Positions 39,660 through 51,325 of a DNA stretch of 64,000 nucleotides are shown here, in pieces. Numbering within the stretch: position 1 is the stretch's first letter; each line of letters starts with the position of its first letter. The position numbers were made by a program, and so were the translations under genes. The DNA comes from Mobula hypostoma (taxonomy: Eukaryota). The stretch is from positions 28,398,001 through 28,462,000 of the forward strand of contig NC_086109.1 in NCBI RefSeq assembly GCF_963921235.1, in the 5' to 3' direction. Under the pieces are notes generated by a model that ran no database searches, was not told the origin of the DNA, and saw only the letters and a program-made list of their open reading frames with translations.

Positions 39660-41100
39660 ATTTTAGACCTGATGTCTTGCATCAGAGTGCCTTAACATGT
39701 GATTGCAGAGATAGTGGTGCTTCGGTTGTAATCTACCAAAATTCCCTGAGTTCTGGAGACACCCCAGAGGAAAGGAAGAATGAATTGTAAACATGGTGAA
39801 GACGGAAAGAAGGATTTAATTAGCCAGTTATATTATTGGAAAATGCTAGAATCCATCAGTAAGGAGGGAATGGTAGGACAATTTGGGAACCATAGAACAC
39901 TCAAGCAGAGTCAATTGACTTTTGACAAATTTTCTAGAGTTCTTTGCAGACATAATAAACAAGATGGATTAAGCAGGACCAGTTCATGTAATGTGTTTGG
40001 ATATCTAAAGAGCATTTGATGAAGTGCCTCTTAAAAGTATACTATACAAGATACTAGCACACAGGAATGGGGAGATATATTGGACAGTAACCAACTCACA
40101 GAGAGCAGAAGGTTGGGATAAATAGGTCACTTTTCAATAGGCATCTGTGATCATTTGGATGTCACAAGACCCTGTTCAGGAATCCAAGCTACTTACAATC
40201 TATTTGGTCATGGATGAAAAATCAGAACATATTGTAGCTAAATTTGCTGATGATACAAAGATAAATGGGTTCATGGGTTAGCAACTTGTGAGGAGAAGAG
40301 AAAGAACCTGTAGAATAACATAGGTAAGTAAGTTAGCAAGGCATTGCCAGAAAGCATATAATATGGAAATATGGAAGGAAGAAAGAAAAGATGTTGCTAT
40401 TTAAATGGAGTGAGACAACAAAAGAAATTGTACAGAGAGATCTGTTGATTGTAGTATGTGAAACAAAAAAATGAGTTAACATGCTGTTGCAGCAAATTAT
40501 TGGGAAGTTTTAGCCTTTATGCAAGGATACCAAAATAGGGACAATATGTTGCAAATTCATAGTGCACTCATGAGTCTGTATTTGGATCAACTTGTACAGT
40601 TTTAGTCTCCTTACTGAAAAAATTATGTGCTTACAATGGTGACAGTCAAGGGAAGGTTCACTTGATCTCTGGAAGAATAATAGGTGAAATAAGATACTGC
40701 TGGGGATTGGTAGTTTGAGGACCATTCGAAAATATGATGGAGGAGGGGAAGAAGTTGTTCTTAAAACATTGACTGTGGGTCTTCAGAGTTCTATGCATTC
40801 TCCCCAATGGTAGTAATATGAAGTAGGCATGGTGAGGGTCTTTGGTGATGGATGTGACTCAGAATAAGGGGTCACTGATTAAAGCAAGGTAGGAAAGAAA
40901 TTCTTCTTTCAGAGGGTTATTTCTCTGAAATGTTCTACCCCATGGGATTATTCAATGAAGTCAAGGGGGTATAGAAAGAGAGTGAGGAAAATGATGCTAA
41001 GATCAAGATTGCATCAAAATGATCTTATTGAATGGAAGAGTATGTCGGGTGAGAGGTAGCAATTGACTTACTCCTGCTCCTGTTTCTTATGCTCTTATGT
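39660..41100 (+). mobile_element. Very old CR1 RT-to-3' remnant
   Basis: VFGYLKSI (AFD region), gctaaatttgctgatgatacaaag (KFADDTK), 3' UTR actcctgctcctgtttcttatg. Confidence 0.75.
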
Positions 41101-41294
41101 CAGCACCTCTAGTTGGTGATTCTTGTCTGCATTCAGAATTTCTATAATATACTGGCTGCCCTATGCTGGGTTGTTCCTAAAAATGTTGCAACGTAGAGCA
41201 GCACTGACCAGTGGTTATGCTGAGAAATATGTCCACTGAACTTACACCAGTTTAGACTCAGCAAGAACAGCAATCCAATTTACTGTAATAAAAG

Positions 41295-41945
41295 GTTCAA
41301 AGGTTCAAACGTCCAATTCAATGTCAGAGAAACGTATACATTATACATCCTGAAATGCTTTTTCTTCACAAACATCCAAGAAAACAGAGAAGTGCCCCAA
41401 AGAATGAACGACAGATAAACATAAAAACCCCAAAGTCCTCCCCAGTTCCCCTCCCTTCTGTGCGTAAGCAGCAATCCCCCCTCCCCCACCAGCAAAAAAA
41501 TAGCGAGCATCAGCACCGTCACCAAGCACTCAAGTGTGAGCAAAGCAATAGCAAAGACAAAGACTTGCAGTTACCCCAAAGACTTTGCGTTACACCCAGC
41601 ATTCGACATATCACAGATTATCTCTCTCCCTAATAAGGGAGAAAGAGATGTCTCATTTTTTTCCCCACTGAGTGGGGAGACATAACGAACAACCCTCTGG
41701 TTTACGATGTCAAAAGTCTGTTAATTCGCTTTTTACGAGCTCTGCGCCTGAAGATCGCAAAGATCCCAGGTCTTCAGGCCCACAGCAGATATCCTGACTC
41801 CCCCGACGACACTCCTGATATTACACCAACCCTCGATCCACCCGTCTTCAGAGCCCCAAGATCTTAGGCTTCCGAATTTGAGCCGGAGTCTCAGGCCGAA
41901 CCCTTGGCATGCTGAACAATGGCCAGTCCTGAAACCCCGAGAACA
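41295..41945 (-). mobile_element. Same repeat family, 5'-truncated copy
   Basis: Reverse tail ggttcaaaggttcaaa..aatgtcagagaaa; shared tctctctccctaataagggagaaagagatgtc. Confidence 0.8.
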
Positions 41946-43018
41946 AGGCAATAAGAGGGATATTTGGAATGGAGAATCATATTAATTAGTTTACATATTT
42001 GACCTGAGTGCATAAAGTGCTTGCTAACATACTTATTTTGAAATGATTTAATTGATATTGAACTTAACAGATTTTGATGTTAAAATCAAAGATCTTCTGA
42101 CCAAATATAAATCTCAATGACTGATGATGAAAAGGTGCAGAAAGTAAAATCAGAAGAATGAAGTTGCCAAAGTTCCAAATGATCTGTGCTTGTGATAATT
42201 ACAGAGTGTTTAACTTTTTATTTAATTAGATCAAACAATTACATTTTTTTTCCAAATATCATGGAAATTATCCGGGTAATTTTATATTGTTGACTTAGCT
42301 GCAGAGGCTTGAGTAATATGGTCTAAAAAAACTGACGTTTATCAGCGCTACTGTTTTTACACATTTTAAACAATTCAATCACCAATTTATTGGCAGTGAG
42401 TTCGTGACCTAAAGCGAGGCTCGACCTCTCTGGGGAATGATCAAAAGTAACTTATTACATCTCTGGGATGTTGTCATTGAAACTGGCGTCCATGAACTGA
42501 GCAACGGCAGGGATGCCTGTTTCCTGTCCACAAGCCTGAAGGGAAGGAAGAAAGTAATAAATATCTGGGACTGGGAAACCTGATTTCTTCATTAAAAGGC
42601 AACAAGAAAGCAATGCTGTCTTGAACTCCAATCTCTGGCAATAGGTGACTGATTTTTACTGTGTTTCAACATTAAAGTCACATCAGGAATTTAATTTTGT
42701 GACGTGCCTGAGCTTCTGATGGAAGCGAAAAAAAACTCAGTAAAAAATTCTGAACACTCAAAAATGAATCATAGCTTTCGGTGACCATGATATTTACTTA
42801 GATTGAGTTAGTGGATTCATTCTAACTCAATGTGACCATTTTGTATCTCAGAACCTATAATCTAGAGAACAAGAACTTACTGCTTCAAATATTTTTAAGT
42901 CGGAGAGAATGTTCCACTTGATTTCTCTGCCTCGGTTTGATCATGAATAAAACTGAGCACATCTGTCTGTATTTTTAAGAAACATTTCATTACTTAGTCA
43001 AGCAAATAAAGACATGCT

Positions 43019-43220
43019 GGCTGGTGGTGTAGTGGCATCAGCTTGGACTTTGAGGCTAATGGCTCTGGGTTCAAATCCGGCCAGCCCCTTGCATGCTTTC
43101 CATCAGTGCAGGGTTGAGCATCAAGCTACCAACACGGCCTCATAAAAAACAGACAAAATGCTAGGGAAATGGAAAAAATAAAATGCCGCCTGATGCGCTA
43201 CCAGTCGTGAAAAGGGAGAA
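43019..43220 (+). mobile_element. tRNA-derived SINE
   Basis: Pol III A box TGGTGTAGTGG (43025-43035) and B box GGTTCAAATCC (43068-43078), followed by a non-tRNA body. Confidence 0.75.
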
Positions 43221-43889
43221 CTATTAAAGGTATCTGTGTGTTGCCTAATATTGATTTCTATAAGGTGATTTATTACAGTCACTTCTTCCAGGTACTCACA
43301 CACTGACAATCAGCAAAAGCTGAGGAAGCATCATCCTCTGCCTCATTGAGAAAAATGATGTTTTATGTTTGCTAATGGAGCTAGCTAACAATCCACTCCA
43401 CAGGGATAATGTCATTTATTTTAAAGACAGGCAAAACATTTGGACTCTGCTCCCTCACAAATAATGGAGTAAATTAAGATGAATGGTTTCAAAGTCATGT
43501 TAATTCAGATGCAAGAGAATAACAGCAGCTGACTCATAACCTGAATCATGAACCGGAATCTACTTCATGACCTCATGCTTTCTAGCCGCTCCACTACAGT
43601 GACTGGAAGCTCTTCCTCTTGTTTGGTCATCACTCACTGACTTCCTCCCTTTCTGTTGTTTGCTTCCAGCTGAAAAAAAAATGCACTTTAAAAAAAACAG
43701 TTGTTAGTCAAAAATAAACTTGCCACTCAGACTACTTCAACTGAACATTTTTAAAATAAAATTTCATGCTCCGGAATAGGAATGAGTAGAAATATCATCA
43801 TGTACCCTAAAGATCATATGAAGTGGACCAGTTCCTGTGATAATGATAAAGGATGGATTGCAATTTTAAAATCTGAAATTTTTGTCTTT

Positions 43890-44618
43890 AATATCTCTAT
43901 TTTGCCCTTTCAGGGTTCTTTTGAAGACCCTGACCTGGAGTTACACGCTGATTTTGCTTTTTTGCAAGAATGGGACTCACTCTTAGGGTCTCATGACTGA
44001 GCATTATTCGATATACCAAGGACTCAGCCTAGAAGATTAGCTCACCTTCAGAGTTTCAGGGTTTCATAGTTCCGGAGGCGGGCAGACACGAGATCAGTGC
44101 CTCTGCAGGAAATCGGTGCGCTGTAGAAGACGGAAGATCTCTGGCTGTGTGCCCAGAGACCTGAGTTCTTTGGGTACAGATCTTGGAAAAAGCGCGCAAC
44201 AGATTTTTAACATCATAAATCAGCGAGTTGTTTGTTATGTCTCCCCTCTCGCTGTGAAACTGAGACATCTCTTTTTCCCTTATTAAGGAGAGAGAGAGAG
44301 AGAGCCTGTGGTATGTCGAATTACCAGGTGAATGAGTAATCTTTGGGGTGCTGCAAGCCTGCATCTTTATTGATGCTTTGCTGCACGCTTGAGTGCTCAG
44401 TGGAGAGTGCCGACGCTTTTTTTTGCCGGTGGGGGAGGGGGGATCATTTCGTTGCTGCTGATTACACATGGGAGGGGGCTTTGTGGTTCTAACATTTAAC
44501 TGTCATTCATTCTTTGGGGCATTCCTCTACTTTCATGGATGGTTGTGAAGAAAAAGTATTTTAGGATGCATATTGTAAACATTTCATTGACATTAAATGT
44601 ACCTTTGAAACCTTTGAA
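43890..44618 (+). mobile_element. Same 0.8-kb repeat, copy 2
   Basis: cctttcagggttcttttgaagaccctgacctggagttaca..tgacattaaatgtacctttgaaacctttgaa. Confidence 0.85.
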
Positions 44619-44856
44619 ATGTATGATAGCTTTAAAGCTGGAAAGAGTGAACCTGCATTTCAATCACAATTCAACAATCTTTTATCACATGTTATGAAAG
44701 GCCAACTACCACTTTCCTGCTTCCCCAGTGGAACCAGGAATATAAAGTAGTCAGACATGGACCATCGCATCATACCCAACCCTCATACATACATCTTGTG
44801 CAAGCAATAGACGGTCCTGGTGAGGGTATAATTAACAGTGAGCGTTTGTTTTTCAG

Positions 44857-44880
44857 GCATATACGTATCAACCACGGCAG
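44857..44880 (+). other. Candidate 24-nt microexon of an unidentified host gene
   Basis: tttgtttttcag|GCATATACGTATCAACCACGGCAG|gtaaac with upstream ttaac; no stop in any frame. Confidence 0.3.
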
Positions 44881-45544
44881 GTAAACGCAGTTTCTTCTGT
44901 CTTCTGAATGGGATTTATTTATTTTCTATCTCTGTCTGGACTTGCCTTTTAAAGTTAGTGTGCAATTAGTCTAATCATGTTATTATGTGAATTAAAAGAC
45001 ATAAAAACATATTAAACAAGGTTAAGAAAAGTAGAATTGGATCTATAGTCATTAACAAGAAGTTAGCAGCACTTTTAGTGCCTACTCATTCATTATGTAT
45101 ACCTTACATTGCTTGATGCAAAAACACCTGAAAATTGGCATAATTGTCTCCCTCATGATTTTAGTATAAAACATGACAGGTGTGGCATCTGTTATTGTAT
45201 TAATGCATCCAGCAAGTCCACACAGATGGATTGCGATGCTAAAGCAGGATGACTGTGGAATGGTGTTACTGGTGGAGATGTTGGTGCCACTTTGTGTGTT
45301 CATTTATAGGTGCTTGGGATGTGCATAGTATTGAAAAGTACTCAGAATTCTTACGCAACGCTCTCTAAACCAGGCAGAATCCTAGTAAATCTCCCCTGTA
45401 CCCTTTCCAATTTTCGCATGTTTCAGATTTCTTATGTATCAGTACAAATTTCTAAAGGTGCAAATTTGAATTTGAAAGACGTTGGCAAATTGGAAGTATT
45501 GTTTTTCCTTGCCTTTGTTTTATTGTATTATCTTCTACCAACCA

Positions 45545-47000
45545 AACTTGAATCAACAAAGGATGCTTGACAGTTGTGGCAGAGCTTGAATGCTATCACC
45601 TCTTATAAAGTTAAATCAAGCGACATAGGGCTTCAACAGGGCTTCCTTTCTCTTCCAGATGAGCACAATGACTTCTATACTCATTTTAACTACCAAAACA
45701 TGGAGGAACCATCACAAACTACCACAGCTCCCAATGGTCCTTTGATTTCAGCCTCTGAGGCTGATGTGAAACATATCAACTCATGCCCGAGAAGTGACTT
45801 GGATCTTCTCCAATTTGCCTACTGGTACGGCAGGTCCACAGTAGATGCCATCTCATTGGCTCTTCAGACAACCTTGGAGTATCTGGACCACAAAAATGCA
45901 TACATCAGAATCCTCTTTATAGACAACAGCTCAACATTCAATAACATCAGCCCCTCAAAACTAATCAATAAGCTTCAAGTCTCTGGCCTCATTAACTCTT
46001 TATGTAATTGGATCCTGGATTTCCTCAGTTGCAGACACAAGTCAGTTCGAATTGGGAACAAAATCTGCTCCACAATCTCCGTCAGCAGAGGTGCACCACA
46101 GCATTGAAAATCTGGCTGAGTGGTACGATAACAACAACCTGTTACTCATTGTCAGGATGACCAAGGAGTTGATTATGTGACTTTATGAAGAGGGAACTAG
46201 AGGTCCACGAGCCACTCTTCATTGGAGGATCAGAGGTGATGAAAGTTCTCAGGATTTGGGGGCCCATATCAAACTTCTTCAACCACCTAAAGTGAAAGAG
46301 GAGTTAATGTGCTTTTTTCAGCATACAGCCGGCATGTGCAGACCACGTGAGATCCTCGGTAATGTGTATGTTGAGAAACTTAAAGGTGTTCACCCTCTCA
46401 TCTCCAGATCCATTGATGTTAATAGGGGTTAGCCTATCTCCATTCCTCTTGTATTCCACAGCCAACTCCTTTGTTTTTGTCACATTGAGGAAGAGGTTGT
46501 TTTCTTGACACCACTGTGTCAGGGTGATGACTTCTTCTCTGTAGGCTACCTCCTTATTACTTGAGATTAGGCCAACCAGTGTAGTATTGTCAGCAAAGGA
46601 AATACAAGAGCCTCAGAATTCACACCATCATGTTCAGGAATAGTCACTACTCCTTAGCCATCAGGCTCTTGATCTAGAGGGGATAATTTCCCTCAACTTC
46701 AGTTGCCCCATCATTGAAATGTTCCCAAAACCTATGGACTCACTTTCAATGACTCTTCATCTCATGCTCTTGATATTTATTGTTTATTTATTTATTATTA
46801 TTATTTCATTCTTTTTGTATTTGCATAGTTTGTTGACTGTTGCACATTAGTTGAACACCCAAGATGGTCGTTCATGGATTCTATTATGGTTACTATTCTA
46901 TTATTGATTTATTGAGTATGCCCACAAGAAAATGAACCTTGGGGTCGTATATGGTGACATATGTGTACTCTGGCAATAAGTTTACTTCGAACTTTGAAAT
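45545..47000 (+). mobile_element. Degraded Rex1/Babar-type LINE with an inverted related fragment inside (~46240-46597)
   Basis: ORF 45574-46107 LQFAY..RSTVDAISLAL..YIRILFIDNSSTFN..LCNWILDFL..GAPQ; 3' tail ending caataagtttacttcgaactttgaa. Confidence 0.85.
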
Positions 47001-47110
47001 TTGCCAATTAGTGTTCCCAGCAAGAATGAACCAGACAAACAATTACATCTTTATAATCTTTTTGCAAACATTTCTGAAGTCTTTATAAGAATATGTCCCA
47101 ATAACAATCA

Positions 47111-48950
47111 TAGAAACATAGAAAATAGGTGCAGGAGTAGGCCATTCGGCCCTTCGAGCCTGCACCGCCATTTATTATGATCATGGCTGATCATCCAACT
47201 CAGAACCCCACCCCAGCCTTCCCTCCATACCCCCTGACCCCCGTAGCCACAAGGGCCATATCTAACTCCCTCTTAAATATAGCCAATGAACTGGCCTCAA
47301 CTGTTTCCTGTGGCAGAGAATTCCACAGATTCACCACTCTCTGTATGAAGAAGTTTTTCCTAATCTCGGTCCTAAAAGGCTTCCCCTCTATCCTCAAACT
47401 GTGGCCCCTCGTTCTGGACTTCCCCAACATCGGGAACAATCTTCCTGCATCTAGCCTGTCCAATCCCTTTAGGATTTTATACGTTTCAATCAGATCCCCC
47501 CTCAATCTTCTAAATTCCAACGAGTACAAGCCCAGTTCATCCAGTCTTTCTTCATTTGAAAGTCCTGCCATCCCAGGAATCAATCTGGTGAACCTTCTTT
47601 GTACTCCCTCTATGGCAAGGATGTCTTTCCTCAAATTAGGGGACCAAAACTGCACACAATACTCCAGGTGTGGTCTCACCAAGGCCTTGTACAACTGCAG
47701 TAGTACCTCCCTGCTCCTGTACTCGAATTCTCTCGCTATAAATGCCAGCATACCATTCGCCTTTTTCACCGCCTGCTGTACCTGCATGCCTACTTTCAAT
47801 GACTGGTGTATAATGACACCCAGGTCTCGTTGCACCTCCCCTTTTCCTAATCGGCCACCATTCAGATAATAATCTGTTTTCCTATTTTTGCCACCAAAGT
47901 GGATAACTTCACATTTATCCACATTAAATTGCATCTGCCATGAATTTGCCCACTCACCCAACCTTTCCAAGTCACCCTGCATCCTTTTAGCATCCTCCTC
48001 ACTGCTAACACTGCCACCCAGCTTCGTGTCATCCGCAAACTTGGAGATGCTGCATTTAATTCCCTCATCCAAGTCATTAATATATATTGTAAACAACTGG
48101 GGTCCCAGCACTGAGCCTTGCGGTACCCCACTGGTCACCGCCTGCCATTCTGAAAAGGTTCCGTTTATTCCCACTCTTTGCTTCCTGTCTGCTAACCAAT
48201 TCTCCACCCACACCAATACCTTACCCCCAATACCGTGTGCTTTAAGTTTGCACACTAATCTCCTGTGTGGGACCTTGTCAAAAGCCTTTTGAAAATCCAA
48301 ATATACCACATCCACTGCTTCTCCCCTATCCACTCTACTAGTTACATCCTCAAAAAATTCTATGAGATTCGTCAGACATGATTTTCCTTTCACAAATCCA
48401 TGCTGACTTTATCCGATCATTTCACCGCTTTCCAAATGTGCTGTTATCACATCCTTAGTAACTGACTCCAGCAGTTTCCCCACCACCGACGTTAGGCTAA
48501 CCAGTCTATAATTCCCCGGTTTCTCTCTCCCTCCTTTTTTAAAAAGTGGGGTTACATTAGCCACCCTCCAATCCTCAGGAACTAGTCCAGAATCTAACGA
48601 GTTTTGAAAAATTATCACTAATGCATCCACTATTTCTTGGGCTACTTCCTTAAGCACTCTAGGATGCAGACCATCTGGCCCTGGGGATTTATCTGCCTTC
48701 AATCCCTTCAATTTACCTAACACCACTTCCCTACTAACATGTATTTCGCTCAGTTCCTCCATCTCACTGGACCCTCTGTCCCCTACTATTTCTGGAAGAT
48801 TATTTATGTCCTCCTTAGTGAAGACAAAACCAAAGTAATTATTCAATTGGTCTGCCATGTCCTTGCTCCCCATAATCAATTCACTTGCTTCTGTCTGCAG
48901 GGGACCTACATTTGTCTTTACCAGTCTTTTCCTTTTTACATATCTATAAA
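47111..48950 (-). mobile_element. Young CR1 copy, 5'-truncated, with one nonsense mutation
   Basis: Near-identical to 51238-53077; ORFs 48409-48879 and 47200-48393 are split by CAA>TAA at 48409-48411; short flanking repeat AATCAT at 47106-47111 and 48950-48955. Confidence 0.95.
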
Positions 48951-49684
48951 ATCATGATGCTTATTGTCTTAAATGATAAATTAAATTTGTTCAAAAGCTG
49001 TCATTATTAACTTTAGTTTGGCATAATAATCCATAGAAGCCTGGCAATTGTCATATTGGTCCTCCTCAATAACATTTAGTGCCAAATTACTTATAGCTTT
49101 CAATGTGGAAAATTCATCAGTTTTTCTTTCTGTTTCAGTCTTGAAATACTGAGCAACATTTGTGTGGAAGCTGCCTTCCTTCAAGATGTCATATGAATCC
49201 ATTTTAAAGTAATCTTATAATAACTTTTGTACTTCTATGCATTAATGGTTTCTGATACTCCATATTCTGCTGCATTTTAATTGGCAGACTATACTCTTGT
49301 ATTCCTACTTCCGAAGGGTAGCCTTGATGTCCAAGCTGAAGGTTAATGCTAAGAGCTCCAACCAGAAATGTCAGGTACTCCACACTGTGGTAAAACAAAT
49401 ACTGAACGTGTTTTTTTTTAAGATTTCCAGTAAGTTTGTGTCATGTTTAATTGAGCTTCCAAATCTTGTGCTGTATAATCATAAGCTTTATGTCAAACTT
49501 GTTTATATTTACTTGCACTTGGAATACCAAATCATGATGTCATGTATGTCAGTTGCATTTAAAATACAATTTTCTTAAATCGCAGACTAAGAGATATGTA
49601 AAAATAAGAGACAACATGAACATGTGATATAACAAAAGCAAGCAATTTTTGTCATTTTGTCATTGGAACACCAGTGAAATCAAT

Positions 49685-50480
49685 TTTCAAAGGCACATTT
49701 AATGTCAGAGAAATGTAGGCAGCATACATCATGAAATTCTTTTTCTTTGCAACCATCTGCGAAAACAGAGGAGTGCCCCAAAGAGTGATTGACAGTTAAG
49801 TGGTAGGACCCCAAAATTCCACCCAGCTCCCCCCTCCCACGTATAAGCAGCAGCAAAGCAACAGACCCCTACCCCACCAGCAGAAAAGCGTCGGCGCCCT
49901 CCATCGAGCACTCAAGCGTGCAGCAAAGCATGAATAAAGACATAGACTTGCAGTATCCCAAAGACTACTCATTCACCCAGTAATTCAACATACCACAGGC
50001 TCTCTCTCTCCCTAATAAAGGAGAAAGAGATGTCTCCATTTCACCTCAGAAGGGGAGACATAACAAACAACTTGCTAATTTACAATGTTAAAAGTCCATT
50101 GCATCGCCTTTTTCCAAGCTCTGTGCCCAAAGAACTTGAGTCTCTGGGCACACAGCCAGAGATTTTCTGTCTCCCATGACACACCAATTTCCTGCAGTGG
50201 CACCAACCTCGAATCTGCCCACCTGCAGAACCTCAGAATCCCAAGACTCCAAAGGCGAGCTAATCTTCTAGGCCGTGTCCTTGGCATGTCGAATAAAGGC
50301 CAGACGTGAGATCCCAAGAGCAGGCCCCACTCCTGCAAAGAACCGAAGTTAGTGTGTAACTTCAGGTCGAGGTCTTTAAAAGAACCCTGAATGTGAAAAA
50401 TAGAGATATTAAAGATAGAAATAGAGCTGTTTCCAAAGATGTAAGCAAAGGAGTCGCCGTTAGGCGCCATTGTCTCCTTG
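49685..50480 (-). mobile_element. Same repeat family, near-complete copy
   Basis: Minus strand begins acaatggcgcctaacggcgactcctttgctt..ggaaacagctctatttc, matching 4650-4705. Confidence 0.85.
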
Positions 50481-51325
50481 ACAAAAAGATGTATGTGTGG
50501 TTTGCAAATTACAATTTCAGAACATTTGATATCATTGAAACGATACACTATAAAGATGTTTACATGAAATATCACATTGACACAAGTTTAAATATTTGGA
50601 TTCAATACCAGAGTATGCAAAGAGAGAGCATTATGCGATTGTACTTGGAGGAATCCTTCTCTTCATCAATGCATGACAGGTCAAGAATCAGAGGTAGGTT
50701 TGTTTGTAAATCAGAGTATAGAATGTGTGATATGTGAAATATTGCAACTTCCCTAATGCATCCAAATGCCATTCGGATAAGAGCCTCTTTGCCCAAGAGC
50801 TCCGTACTGACTAAGGTCCTCATCTATGCTAGTTCCTTTTTCATGCATTTGGCTATATTCAACTAAACTTTTCCTATCCTTGTACCTGTCCAATTATCTT
50901 TTGAATGTTGTTAATAAATTAAAATTGTTATCTATTAAATATCAGGGTAGTCCTCTCTATAAGTAAAAGAATCAAATTTATTAGCTTTTACTGACTAGAG
51001 CTCAAACTTTAATTGAATTGAATTACCAGTATATAAAGCGGCCGAGATTTGTGGGTCCCCTTTTAGTTTCTGACAGCTTGATGTAAGATAATAAATCAAT
51101 TTATAATATAAATCTGTTTTTTAACAATATGATTCATTTTGGGGATATTAGTTGCAACAAACTAGAATGTACATTTTGTAAGAGCCTGTATATAATTATA
51201 AAGGGAAAACCCGCTCACAGAGGAAATATAGAAACATAGAAACATAGAAAATAGGTGCAGGAGTAGGCCATTCGGCCCTTCGAGCCTGCACCGCCATTTA
51301 TTATGATCATGGCTGATCATCCAAC

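Noticed and set aside
43019..43095. Functional tRNA gene
   Set aside because: A and B boxes are present, but I could not fold a full cloverleaf and there is no immediate T-run terminator; it fits a SINE head
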